A DNA stretch of 64,000 nucleotides from Nemertoderma westbladi (taxonomy: Eukaryota; Animalia; Xenacoelomorpha). The first letter of the stretch is position 1. The number at the start of each line of letters is the position of its first letter. The translations under genes and the position numbers were made by a program. Positions 1-12,668 of this stretch are shown piece after piece. The notes under the pieces are model-generated. The model saw only the letters and a program-made list of their open reading frames with translations, searched no databases and was not told the origin of the DNA. The DNA lies in the NCBI GenBank assembly GCA_032718475.1, contig JAUCBJ010004969.1, positions 21,856 to 85,855 on the forward strand. Reading direction: 5' to 3'.

Positions 1-237
1 TTCGTCATCGAGGTGGGCGGGCGTCAGGAGACCGTCTCCATCGACAGACTCAAACCGGCCCACCTCGCTATCGATGAACCCGTCATTGTGGCCATCCCAC
101 TGCGCCGTGGTCGACCACCTACAGTGACACCCCCGGACCTCCCTCCCCCCAGTCCCTGCAATTCACCCGAACCACCGCAAACTACCATAGCAACTCGAAG
201 TGGGCGGGCCATCCGGCAGCCGGACTATTTTTATTAA
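1..237 (+). mobile_element. Ty3/Gypsy pol C-terminus (end of integrase), cut by the window edge
   Basis: Translation contains ETVSIDRLKPAH and a Pro-rich tail ending TRSGR, typical of Gypsy integrase ends; followed directly by a PPT and an LTR. Confidence 0.8.
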
Positions 238-258
238 TTCAGGTTCTGGGGGGAGCCA

Positions 259-488
259 TGTAGTGGCCATATATATATATTAGGGGTCATCGAACCTGAA
301 TTGAACTAATACTGTTGTACCTTACTGCAGTATGCACCCATCACTGCACTGTATCAACTTTCGGTTTCATGGAAACTATTGTTACAGTCAGACAGTGGCT
401 GTACCCGTAGTCATTACTAATACTGGTTTTACTTACTGCTGTACTGACTCATGTAAATATTAAACGTTGAGAGACTACGCTCTCTACA
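259..488 (+). mobile_element. 3' LTR of the Gypsy element
   Basis: Purine tract GGGGGGAG at 248-255, then TGTAG (259) ... CTACA (488) inverted termini, with an internal (TA)n run and ATTAAA. Confidence 0.7.
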
Positions 489-724
489 CAATATAATATT
501 GTCAAATGCGACTGTCAAGATGTGATGCTATAATTAACGATTAACGATACGAATTAATTAATGATTATTTTAAAATTAAAACATATTATAAAACACATTT
601 CTTACTATACTGTAAGTACACGTTCGTGGGGACTTCGCGCAGCACGAGGCCTAGTTATTATATACAAATTAAAATGCAGCGACTGTATCACAAAATCAGG
701 TTTTGAGAAATTTACCCACACCAC

Positions 725-1370
725 CAATCAATCAAAGAAAGGTGGACAGTACGTGTTCACCCCTTTTAATCTCCCCCCCCCCCACCCTTCCCAACCACCA
801 ATACATAACCGCGACATCTACCACCCACGGAAGGGTAGCACGAACTTATTTCCAATCGCACGTTAAATATGCAAAGCCAGGTGGTTTATAGGAATATAAT
901 AAACGCAGTACTCGTTTTCATTATAAGCCTCTTTGCGTTCGTCCTGTTTTGTATTTAAATATATTTCTTAAACGCAAGCTAGGACGATCTTTATAATAAT
1001 AATAACTAGGGATGCGATCAATATGTGAAGCCAGGTGGTTTATATAATAATTTAGTCAACGCAGTACTCGTCTTCATTATATGCCTCGTTGCGCTCGTCG
1101 CTTGTCCTGTTTTGTCATAAAATATTTTTCCTAAACGCAGACTGACGATCTTTATACAGTTATAACTATGCGAAGTTTCGAAACTGTGCGAGTAACTGTT
1201 GATACATCTATGTGGAGATGTGTGATATGTGGAGATGTGTGATACAACGCCAACGCATCTTATGCCGATGTAGTAATATGGGTATTGAAATAATATTAAA
1301 TCAATGTACACTCTTAAAGCTGCAGCGAAAAAATGTAGCTAATTTCCTAGGTTACATATAAAATAATAAT
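725..1370. repeat. Dispersed repeat, copy 1, with an internal ~150-bp duplication
   Basis: Highly similar to 28698-29305 in the same orientation (aatcaatcaaagaaagg...gctgcagcgaaaaaatgtag...). Confidence 0.8.
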
Positions 1371-2096
1371 ATTATTTTTAAGAACATTAATTTTACTACT
1401 TTGCAAAAATTCAATTAAAAAATAACCAGACATATACATTGTGGAATAAACTATTTCAGAAGCCTACAACAGCCATGCCATGGATTGTATTTATGTTATT
1501 ATATCTGTCATTTAACTGAGATAGCAATAGTAGTAATAGTCGAACGGTTATGCGGCCCGTCCAGCCTATAATAAACACAATTCAGTGATTGGGCTGGAAT
1601 AGCAATACTGGTTGCCTCTATTACAATTCCTCTCAGGTTAGTCTACAGCCACAACTCCCAGCAGCTAGCTCCACACCAGCAGAGACTTGACCAATAATGG
1701 GAAGGATTAAATTTGTACTCAATAATTGTGCGGTTTAATTACGTTTAGATCAATTAAAGACACATTTATTAAAGCAAATCACTTAAACTAATTAAAAACT
1801 ATAATAGAATGGCGTATGGGGATTATATCTGTATAATTTTTAAGTATAATTATTTAAATCTTATACTGTAAAACAATTAATTTCCTTTAAAAGGCAGGTT
1901 GAAAATGGCGTTTTCACCGCAATCAACTTAATTAACTAATTAACTGCTATTATCTGAGCTTCTCGAAGGCCACACGGAAATTCTACTTGGAAAATTTCTA
2001 AACTTTTGCCAAACAACATGTGTACCAAGTTTGGATAGATTTCATCAAAGAATGGCCGAGTTATTAACGTTTAAAATTGAACACGACAGAACGACA

Positions 2097-3017
2097 GTTG
2101 CTAAGTTAGTTTAACCGCTGTTCTAACGTTTGTTCCTCAGTTAGTGTAACCGCTGTTCTAATGTTTGTTCCTCAGTTAGTTTAACCGCTGTCCTAACCTT
2201 TGTTCCTCAGTTAGTTTAACCGCTGTCCTAATCTTTGTTCCTCAGTTAGTTTATCCGGTGTTCTAGCGTTTGTTCCTAAGTTAGTCTAACCGCTGTTCTA
2301 ACGTTTTGTTCCTCAGTTAGTTTAACAGCTATCCTAATATTTGTTCATCAGTTAATTAAACTGTTGTTCCTCTGTTATTTTGATTGGTGTCGTAAACTTT
2401 GTTCCTCAGTTATTTTAACCGCTGTCTTAACCTTTGTTCCTAATGGATGGCGTAACACTTGTTCCTCAGTTAGTTTACATGCTTCTAGTTCTAATCTTTG
2501 TTCCTCAGTTAGTTTAACTGCTTTCCTAATCTTTGTTCCTCAGTTAGTTTAACTGCTTTCCTAATCTTTGTTCCTCAGTTAGTTTAACTGCTTTCCTAAT
2601 CTTTGTTCCTCAGTTAGTTTAACTGCTTTCCTAATCTTTGTTCCTCAGTTAGTTTAACTGCTTTCCTAATCTTTGTTCCTTTGTTACTTTAAGAGCTGTT
2701 CTAACTTTTGTTCCTTAGTTATTTTAACTGCGCTGTCCTAACCTTTGTTCATCAGTTTTAACAGCTGTAACCTTTGTTCCCCAGTTAGTTTTATCGGTGT
2801 TCTAACATTTTTTTTTTGAGTTAGTTTAATCGCTGTCGTAACCTTTGTTTCTCTTTTAGTTTAAGTGTTGTCCTAACCTTTGTTACCCACTTAGTTGAAC
2901 CGTTGTCGTAACCTTTCTTCCTCAGTTAGTTTAATCGGTGTTCTAACCTTTTATTTCTGAGTAAATTTAATCGCAGTTGTATCCTTTGGTCCACATTTAG
3001 TTTAACTTTTGCTTAGT
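2097..3017. repeat. 35-bp minisatellite array 1
   Basis: Tandem monomers close to CTCAGTTAGTTTAACCGCTGTTCTAACGTTTGTTC, becoming more degenerate towards 3017. Confidence 0.95.
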
Positions 3018-3190
3018 TTAACCAGGCAGAAATACGGGATTATAGTGTTTTCTACAACACTGTATAATAGTTATTCTTTGAGGCATGGTTGCCTTTTCTG
3101 GCAGAGCACGGCAATAACGAAGTTGTACTTTCCTTTGAGTGATTAGTTGGCTTAAATATGATGTCGCATTCCATAGCGAAATATTCATTC

Positions 3191-3272
3191 GGTGTTGTAG
3201 CTTAGTATACTCACCCGGCTGATAACCAGAAGTTTGAAACCTAGGCACCGGGTTCGAGACCCAATATAGCCG
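3191..3272 (+). other. Degenerate tRNA-like / SINE-head sequence
   Basis: A-box-like TAGCTTAGT, anticodon-loop-like CTGATAA and T-arm GGG-TTCGAGA-CCC. D-arm and acceptor stem are poor, so it is not called a tRNA. Confidence 0.3.
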
Positions 3273-3346
3273 GTTGATATTTTTCCCTATGGAGAGCATT
3301 ATTGTATTGTCTTGTTTACATTGTATATTTATATTTTTGTTATAGA

Positions 3347-4588
3347 ATGGCAGCAATAATTGGCCTTGCTGACGTTTTGTCGGCGAGGACAAGAGTAGAG
3401 GATTGTTTCCTGGAATGTCGAGTCGTGCACGTTTTAAATGGATTAAAATCAAAGAAATTGAATAAATCTACGGCTGCTAAAGCAGCTAAAAAGGCTAGGC
3501 CTAATTATAACACAATGGTGTATTTCTTGTAAGTATTTAATATTCATTACGTTATTAGTTTTATGTTTTTTTCTGTAATTTTTCGCTAGTGAGATTCGTA
3601 GTAAGTCATTGAAGGGGATACTTCATGTGTTGGTAGACCTGGGTATTTGTGAGATTTCCCGTTTCCTCGGAGTTACGCATGTTTCTTTTCATTTTGTCTT
3701 TTTTCTTACTCTCAATGTAGTGATGAAATGTAGATGAAATATACTGTATGGAAGTTGTACATATTCCATTTTTGATTATTATCAATATTTCTAATTGGAG
3801 TAATAGTTATGGAAATTAAAAGTAATTTTTATATGCTAATCTGTAAGTGTATTCTATTTTGCAGTATTTAAAATCGATGGATTTTTTTTAAATCGAAGTT
3901 TTTTTGAATTGAAGTTTACAAATGTTAGAACTGCAGTGATATTTTTTGATATAATAATCTTTAATAAATTTATGTAGCGTAGGTGTGTTGGCTTTTGCTA
4001 ATTAATTTATCGAAATATGTTTTGCTCTAACGCAGCAGTTTTTCCTTTTGTGAGGCTTAATTTTATTTGAAATTATTTTGTTTTATTTTTGATGAGATAC
4101 CTAAATAATACGCATCATATCTTGATAGTTTTTTATTTTTTATAAATAGAAGTTACTTTTTTTGGAAAGACTCTTAATTTGAAAATTTTTAAATTTCCAT
4201 ACGTGTGTTTCTATTTTTTTATTTATTATATCATGTCTATTATTTGTGGAATTTCTTATATGGTCATGTACTTTTGAAAAATATATTTTATTTTAAATAA
4301 ATTTTTTTCAGAGATTTGACATCATCGATGATGTTTATTGTTATAAATCATGGCAACGAGCAGAGTCGCAATTTATTTCAACCCAATGTGGGTGTGGGAA
4401 CTAAGATCCGATTGTACGAGCCTGCATTTAGAGGCGATACCTCCCACAAACTACCGATATTAGTAGTGGTTATGAAGCCTGTCCGTATTATTATGACCAT
4501 GCAACCTCTTCCTGAAGTACCTATAACCGCTTTGGTGGAAAAGATGACACCCTTTAGTGTCCATGTTGAACATCTAGTATTGCGAGGT
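3347..4588 (+). CDS. Two-exon coding fragment of an unknown protein (exons 3347-3528 and 4312-4588)
   Basis: ATG at 3347, GTAAGT donor at 3529, TTTTTTTCAG acceptor ending 4311. Phase 2 joins in frame (...MVYFL-DLTSSMMFIV...). A second GTAAGT follows at 4589; no downstream exon was found. Confidence 0.6.
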
Positions 4589-4789
4589 GTAAGTTCAGTT
4601 AATTGTTGTACATTTCAATTTTAACTACATTATTAAAATATAAATTATTTTTATATTTATTTAATAACCATACTAATTACTATATAATTATAACTATATA
4701 ATATTTAATATAAATTTTTATTAAATTTTTCAATGGATATTTTATATTTGAAGTTAAATTGAAGAAATATTAACATAATCCATAATCCT

Positions 4790-5680
4790 AAGCTTTGTTC
4801 ATCAGTTAGTTTAAACGCTGTTCTAATATTTGTTCCTCAGTTAGTTTAACTGCTGTTCAAACGTTTGTTCCTACTGTTAGTGTAACGTTTGTTCCTCAGT
4901 TAGTTTATCCGCTGTTCTAACGTTTGATCCTCTGTTAGTGTAACCGTTGTTCTAACGTTTCTTCCTCAGTTAGTGTAAACGCTGTTCTAACGTTTGTTCC
5001 TCAGTTAGTTTAACCGCTGTTCAAACGTTTGTTCCTCAGTTAATGTAACCGTTGTTCTAACGTTTTACTCGGTTATTTTAACCGCTGTTTTAATGTTTGT
5101 TTCTCAGTTAGTTTAAGCGCTGTTGAAACGTTTGTTCCTCAGTTAGTGTAACCGCTGTTCTAACGTTTCTTCCTCAGTTAGTGTAAACGCTGTTCTAACG
5201 TTTGTTCCTCAGTTAGTTTAACCGCTGTTCAAACGTTTGTTCCTCAGTTAGTGTAACCGTTGTTCTAACGTTTTTCTAGGTTATTTTAACCGCTGTTTTA
5301 ATGTTTGTTCCTCAGTTAGTGTAACCGCTGTTCTAACGTTTGTTCCGCAGTTAGTCTAACCGTTGTTCTAACGTTTGTTCCTCAGTTAGTTTAACAGCTG
5401 TCCTAATCTTTGTTCCTCAGTTAGTTTAACCGCTGTTCAAACTTTTGTTTCTCAGTTAGTGTAACCGTTGTTCTAACGTTTGTTCCTCAGTTAGTGTAAC
5501 CGCTGTTGTAACGTTTGTTGCTAAGTTAGTTTAACCGCTGTTCTAACGTTTGTTCCTCAGTTAGTGTAACCGCTGTTCTAACATTTGTTCCTCAGTTAGT
5601 TTAACCACTGTCCTAACCTTTGTTCCTCAGTAAGTTTAACCGCTGTCCTAATCTTTGTTCCTCAGTTAATTTATCCTCAG
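4790..5680. repeat. 35-bp minisatellite array 2
   Basis: Same monomer as 2097-3017. Confidence 0.95.
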
Positions 5681-6048
5681 TCACAACAACCTGTTATCGA
5701 ACCAACCTCACAACCCCCCCCCCCCCCCCCCCCCCCCTTTCGTAACAAAGAAGGTAGTAGTTACTCTAGTTAGTAACTCGGTGTCACTCTTTAGAGTGTC
5801 ATGAAATGATTTATTAATTTTCCAAAATATATATGAGTGAAGGCGATGCTATCAGTTTGTGATAAACTACTTGTAAAAACAGAGATCCATTTCAGTTTGC
5901 CCTTACACAATTTAACTGTCATTTGTAAACCTTCTAACTAGGACTATTTAAGTTAAGTTTCTTATGACATTTTTAGTTTTACAATTCTCTTATCCTTCAT
6001 TAGTCTTGTTGCGCTAGTCCTGTTTTGTCTTAAAATAATTTTGTGTTA

Positions 6049-6162
6049 TATTCAGATAATGGGACTAACTTCGTGGGTGCGGAGAATGAGTTAGCCGAAG
6101 CTCTCGACATCCTGGAGGGAGATGATGTCAGGGCGGTGATGAGGAAACACCTTATAAGGTGG
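6049..6162 (+). pseudogene. Isolated fragment of a BEL/Pao integrase core
   Basis: Translates YSDNGTNFVGAENELAEALDILEGDDVRAVMRKHLIRW; SDNGTNFVGA is the BEL/Pao integrase catalytic-Asp motif. Confidence 0.8.
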
Positions 6163-6407
6163 GAGATAAACTAAAAACCCATATTAAAATACATTTTGCA
6201 CAGTACAGATGCAACTGTTGCCGGACCTGGTCCTCCGAAAAGAAGACGATGGTTGGTCATCTGGCTTCATGCTACTATGGGGGGACCGTATTTACTTACG
6301 TAAATGAGCCAGCCGATTGTCCCTGCGGAATCGCTCACCCTATCATCCATTTCAAACCACAAATGCTACAATCGTCTTTTTTCGTGGAAACACAAAACTC
6401 CAGCTAA
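6159..6407 (+). other. Cys/His-rich coding-like fragment (possible C2H2-like finger)
   Basis: LKTHIKIHFAQYRCNCCRTW...GHLASC pattern; family not recognised. Confidence 0.25.
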
Positions 6408-8515
6408 CTCCCAGTCATCCCCATCAACTCTACTCCGGAACAAGCCAGCGGCGGTGGCTCCAATAACAAACCATCAACATCGCGAGATTATAACTCTATT
6501 TCCCCAAACAATCCCTTTCAACCTCCCACCAACGGAAGCGCACACGGATGACTATTTACATATAACAATGATCTCTCCGAAACATCACTCAACTTTGAAC
6601 TAACTTTAAACGAAAATTTTTAACATATCCAAGAACATGTTAGTAACCATTTACATACTGCTTTGGGGTCTTTAGAGTCTGGCTTACAATTAACTTCATA
6701 ATGGAACGCGAAACCAGTGAGGGTTTTCAAATTGACTCCTGTTTTAAATCTAGCGGTAACAATAACCAAATTCTAGATCTGGCGCTGTCAACCATATTGA
6801 TCAGCTATTAAGTGTGTTTCTCTGCCTCGGCTCGGGTTGGCGCATAATAGCTATCGAGCAAATAACTATTGAGATTGCGTGATCCCAACGCAACCCCTAT
6901 TTAAAGGGTCAAGGCTTTAATAATTCTAAAATATTATTAAATAAACAATGTACCGTAAGCATAGACTGCCCGCTGTGGGATTGCTTTAAATACACTGTAT
7001 TGGCCGCCGCGAATTATAAGAAAATTTATAGAAAAAAAAATAATATCAAAAGAATATCAACATATAATCCTTTCTTAAAGATGTTTGATTTTTCCTATTT
7101 AAGTTTTCCAGTTAACAGAGTTAGAGTGACTGGTATTCCCCAGTTTCTGAAAGCAAACCCTTTATACTGTATAAACATTTTATATTAGAGTAATACTGAA
7201 GAACTGTCCATTCTAAGTCAACCAGAACCGATGAGGTTGTCTACGTGTTTTACAACAACCTCCCCTGTATCATAAACTCATCAACTCTCTACAAAAAGGA
7301 ATATCTATCGCGATTCGGAGATTCTATCGCTTACTTCAGAGTCGCGGTTTCTACGGACAGGAACCGCATTGCCTCGTGAACCTATAGGGGTGGGTCGGTG
7401 ACTGTCTGGGAGTGGGAAGCGACCGGTTGGAGGGTCGTAATAATATATTTTAATCTTAATAATAAGTATTCAACATCAATTATTTTATAAGTCTTGTCAA
7501 TGTATACGATTGCTAAAGACTACAGAGCTAACTTTAGGATAATCTGCTTTATATTTTTAGAATTATTATAATTAATTTTGTTATGTTTATAATGAATTGT
7601 ATCTTTTGACAAACTAATTGATGGGGGGGGGGGGGGGGGGGGCAATCAATATTCTCCCCTCCACAGGTGAAAATCTACACAAATAACAGCTTGTTTACTA
7701 CTAAAATAAAACTGCATCCTGTTCTATAGGAAAAAAACATTATAGGGGAAATTTTAGCAAATTGTGTTTATTTTAGCCGATAGACAAGATTACATGTTTA
7801 CCAAGTTTGGTATAATTTAGTCAGAGATTGAAAGAGTTACGATTTTAATGAGTTACATTATTTTGTTCCTCTAAGACAGACGATTTCTGCAAATGTATCA
7901 TACAGTCAGCAAGATATTGGAAATAAAAGTAAATTGAAATTGTGCAATTATACTTCTAAACCTTTATGAACTGAATAAAATTAACTGGAGTAGAGCAATT
8001 ATATTTGACACCTTTATGAACTGAGTAAAAAAGTACCTTGAATTACTGCAATTATACTTGCTTGAGTAAAGCAATTATATTTGGCAACTTTATGAACTGA
8101 GTAAAAAAGTAACTTGAATTACTGCAATTATACTTAATACCTTTATGAAATGTGTAAAAGTAACTGAAAGTAAAGCAATTATACTTGATACCTATATGAA
8201 CTGAATTCGTATAATTGTATTGCATTTATTATATGTATATATGTGAAAATGATTGCACAAATATTTTAAGGTATGAATATGATTTTAATTTAATTATAAT
8301 TGAATATTTGCATAGTAAATTTAAGTAATTAAGTGAAGGAAGGCCTGTGTGTAAGAATGACATTAAAAAAGTGGCACAGTGGAATAAGAGTAACATCAGT
8401 ACAGTATGTGAGGTGTGAAAGTACTAGGAGCGCTTATAAAATTAAAATTGAACTACAAGATACGAGTTGTTTCATGCCAGTAACTACTGGGTAGAACTGA
8501 GTTATGAGTTCACAA

Positions 8516-10525
8516 AAAAAAAAAAAATTCAAATTCAGAAGTGCCGAAATGACCTTCATAAGGCGCAGAAAGAGTCCCGACTCAAACAGACTACAGCGGC
8601 CAAGAATGCAGTTAAAGCTGCATCTAGGTCCCTGAACAGGCAGTACTCTGTTAATCTACAGGAGCTAATAAACCAACAGGTTGATGCCATCAATGATGCT
8701 GACGACAGCAGGCAATCATCCCAGGCATGGAAATCGATCAATCTGCTTACTGGGCGGAAAAGCCAACCAACCACCAAGGTTAAGGCTGAATCACCAGCCG
8801 ATCGCCTCAATGGTTGGAAAGCCCACTTTGAAAAGCTCCTCAATAATGACAGGGTATTTCCTGATAACTTTATAGAAGTAAAAGTATCTGAGTCTGTACT
8901 CCCAGATATTCCCATTGGCGATATCTCCTTTGCAGAAGTGAAGGCTGCTGCAAAGAGCATTAAGACCAATCGTGCCAGTGGAGTAGATGGTGTTCCCCCT
9001 GAGGTCTTTAAAATACGTTATAAGTACGAAATAAATACGAAATAAGTTTAAAGCTCATCTATCCCATCATAGTAGACATGTACCGTACAACAAGAGTCCC
9101 ACAAGAAATGAAAACAAATAAGTTGGTGCCAGTTCCCAAGAAGGGCAACCTAACACTCTATGGTTCTTTTCGGGGAATCTCATTGATCTCGATTGCTGCA
9201 AAACTATACAATAGAATTCTATTAAATCGCATCAGGGATCCCATTGAGAGACTGCTACGTGGAAATCAGAATGGGTTCCGTAAAGGTCGTGGGACCATGG
9301 AGCCCATTTTGGCACTTAGAAGGATAATTGAAGAGTTATCAAAAAAGAAAGACAGGCATCTGGCTGTTATCTTTGTTGACTTCTTCAAGGCCTTTGATTC
9401 AGTCTCTCGCTCACGTATGTTCAGCATACTTTCATTATATGGGATTCCTGATGAAATTATTGCAGCAATCAGATCAGTATACGATGGTTCGACAACATTT
9501 GTGTCTACTGTTGATGGTGACACAGAACCATTTGAAGTGTTATGGGGCGTCCTCCAAGGAGACACACTTGCACCATTCTTGTTCATTATTGTGGTTGACT
9601 ATGTTCTACGCATGTCCTTAGATCATCATAATGATGATGGGGTGATGATAACTCCACCTACTGGCTCCAGAAGTCGAGGAAATCCTGCCAAGTACCTAAC
9701 TGATCTAGACTTTGCTGATGACTTAGGAGTACTCTCAGAATCATTAGAGGGAGCCCAGCGGCTCCTCAGCTCATTAGAACATGCTGCTTCTAGTGTTGGT
9801 CTTTTTATTAACTCCAGAAAGACCAAAATTCTGACAGTTAACTTTGAAAGTCCTCAGCAAGTCTCTGATCGGATGAGCATAAGCTCAAAGGATGGTATGC
9901 TTGAGCATGTGGACGACTTCTGTTACCTGGGATCATGGATCCGGAAGTCAGGTGAGGACCTTCGAATACGTAAGGGAAAGGCATGGGCAGCCGTGAATAG
10001 GCTTTCCAGGATTTGGAAGTCACCTAGAATTAATCGGAAACTTAAGGTCCGATTATTTAGAGCAGCAGTAGTTCCAGTACTCCTCTACGGGAGTCCATGC
10101 TGGGCTCTAACTGCTGAGGACACCAAATCTCTGGATGGCTCATTCACAAGAATGCTACGCCGGGTACATTGTGTCAAGTACAATGCACACATCTCCAACC
10201 AGACACTATATAACATTGGAGGTGTCTCATTGGTTCCCCCAAGCTTGACACTAGAACAAAATCGCCTCCGCTTTGCAGGACATTGCTTTCGCCGTGAGGA
10301 CCAGCCAGTGCATAATCTTGTACTTTGGCAGCCTCATGGAGTGAATAAGCATGGTGGACAGCCCATGACTTTCTTGAGACGCATCTTAAAGGACACTGGC
10401 CTTAAAGATGCGGATGATCTAGCAAATGTCATGGGTGATAGGGAGTTGTGGCGGTGCAATTTTGTTGACAAGCCGGCACAGCATTCTTAAAAATGCAGCT
10501 GCAATGCAGCATGCCGATCCTAGTA
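8516..10525 (+). mobile_element. 5'-truncated RTE-like non-LTR retrotransposon with 13-bp TSD
   Basis: TSD TATGAGTTCACAA at 8503-8515 and 10526-10538; the empty site is visible in the inverted copies near 14440 and 20025; short (TAG)n tail; RT ORF inside. Confidence 0.9.
9078..10490 (+). pseudogene. LINE reverse transcriptase (ORF2 C-terminal part; upstream part 8528-9045 is frameshifted)
   Basis: Motifs PVPKKG, RGISL, QNGFR, FVDFFKAFDS, GVLQGDTLAPFLF, LDFADD, YLGS and RLRFAGHCFR. Confidence 0.92.
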
Positions 10526-12242
10526 GTATGAGTTCACAACCCAAAGAGACTTAAATGAATGTGTGAAGTACCGGTACATAATTTAGATAAAAAGGTCAAA
10601 GTATCAATAGGAACCAGCGGCCAAACCAAGGGGGTATCATGTGGTTGTGCAATATATCAGTTTTTACTTTACTTTACTTGCCGTTTTTTCTTACTGTTTT
10701 TTACTACCGTTTCTTTTTCTTCAATACCAGTTTTTAATTGCCTTTTTTTTCGTATTGGTTTTTATTTCCATTTTTTTTAAATAATTCCTGGACTATCGCT
10801 AAGCAGCTGAAGTGCTGCTCCGATTCGCCTCAGATTATAAAAACATTATTTAATCTCTTGATTGATATAATTATATATATAGATTTTGTAGGTACTGCAG
10901 TAGCAGAACCAGTACTGTGGCAATCCACATTTAGCGGCAGTAGTGTTGTGAAACTGGGATGAGAGTATCTGAAATACAGTAGGAGGTAGCTGTGAGACAC
11001 GGCCAACTGTTAGTATTACTATTGTAGTATTAATTCGTATAGTACTATTGCTGCAGTAATATTACTACAGCTAGCATTACTTGCAATTTAGCTATACTAT
11101 ATATATAAGTATTAGTATATAGTACTATAGCTATAGTACTGTAGCTATGTTAAATCATGGAAACTGGGCTTTAGATTAGATAAATTAATTATTATGATTA
11201 ATTAATAATTAGATTAGATTAATTTAAAGTACCACAAGAGTCACAAGACCACGGTGGGTGCTCTGGGTGGTTGGGTGCTTTCCAGTGCACAATTCCACTG
11301 CTTCCAAACCACATAACTGGTGGCTTAACAGCCTAAGTACTGGCCTACTATGTACTGAACTGATATACAGTACTTTGTAAACATAGGCCTGTCTACCTGT
11401 CACATAGGCCTGTATAGTAAAATTCTGAGAATATATGATCAGGTGATATAAACTGATTATTAATTCGAATTTGATTAGGCCTAATTCACTGCATTCTGGT
11501 GTTACCACAGGACCAAGTTTGTGTGCTACCCACCACTCCCAAATAGACAATTGACAAACTTTCATAGAGTTGCCTCAAAGAAAGGTCCTTGACACAATCA
11601 AAGGTGCAAAGTTCATCGCGACATTGAAAAAGTGCTGTAGGCCAATCCGAGCTAGAGGTACCACCAGCGGTACAGGTACATTTCGCCATAATCAAGTACC
11701 GGCTGACCGGTAATCCAGAATTATAATACAGTAATATCGGAATATGAAAATCAGTCTAAAAACACTGACTGTGTACTGCTGTATGCTACTGCTACGCTAC
11801 ACACTCTGATACTAGGACTATAATAATACAGTATCGGTACCGGCTGACCGGTAATACCTAATAGCAGTATAGCCTACCTGTAGCAATAGCAGTTGCAGTA
11901 TAGTGCCTGTCAGCCTGTAGGCTTGTGTTTGTTGAGCTGATTGCAAGAGTCCCCATATGTGATAGAGCCTGTCACTTCTATGCTATATCAGTTCAGTACA
12001 TGGTAGGCCAATACTTAGGCTGTTAGGCCACCAGTATTGGTTCTGAAGTTTGGAAGCAGTGGAATTGTGGTTTGGAAGCAGTGGAATTGTGCACTGGAAG
12101 GCACCCAACCACCCAGACCACTCACCGTGGTCTGGTGGTACTTTAAATTAATCTAATCTAATTATTAATTAATCATAATAATTAATTTATCTAATCTAAA
12201 GCCCGGTTTCCATGGTTTAACATACTGTAGCTACTGTACTAA

Positions 12243-12628
12243 GGGGCCGTCCAAGTATGACGTCTGCACTTTTCCCCAAAATGTTGACCCCCTCCCTCCC
12301 CTAAATCAGATGTCATCAGATAGGCGTTGACCACCCCCCCCCCCCCTCCCCTAAATCAGATTAAAAAAAATTTCGCGTCCTAATCACTGAAACATGGTGA
12401 CTGGTAACTGAAACAGAAGGTCGTGCTACGGGCCTTCGGGGGCTTCGAACAATTAAAATAGGCAAGCTATTTACTCTTCTGCTATATCTCTTCTAGCACC
12501 TATAAATGAACATGCTGACGTCAGATTTTGGCTGACCCCCTCCCCTCCCCTCATCAGCACGTCATCAGATTTTCCCAACCCCCCCCCCCCCCCCCCCCAA
12601 AGTGCTGACGTCATACTTGGACGGGCCC
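12243..12628. mobile_element. MITE with ~30-bp TIRs and TAA TSD (Zator- or PIF/Harbinger-like)
   Basis: GGGGCCGTCCAAGTATGACGTCTGCACTTT ... AAAGTGCTGACGTCATACTTGGACGGGCCC with TAA on both sides; absent from the paralogous arm near 11130. Confidence 0.85.
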
Positions 12629-12668
12629 TAAGCTATATTACTATATACTAATACTAATATATATTATA

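Larger units (their letters stand above)
7860..11370 (+). repeat. Left arm of a large inverted duplication (interrupted by the RTE LINE)
   Basis: 8255-8515 and 10539-11370 match the reverse complement of 11984-14692 once the nested MITEs are removed; ~7860-8130 matches the reverse complement of ~18090-18320. Confidence 0.85.

Noticed and set aside
620-656. Possible Helitron 3' end (TCGTG...CACGA then CTAG)
   Set aside because: Short stem with a long loop and no matching 5' end; too weak to call.
2097-5680. 35-bp repeats as CRISPR repeats
   Set aside because: No unique spacers; ordinary minisatellite in a eukaryotic context.
5713-5737. Long poly-C/poly-G runs (also near 7623, 12580, 14755, 28747, 51527 and 53199) as functional elements
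   Set aside because: Common in repeat families and unreliable in length in assemblies; no other support.
10738-10962. ORF SWTIAKQLKCCSDSPQ present three times (also at 13796 and 19444)
   Set aside because: It reflects three copies of one repeat; no domain, and the starts are inconsistent.
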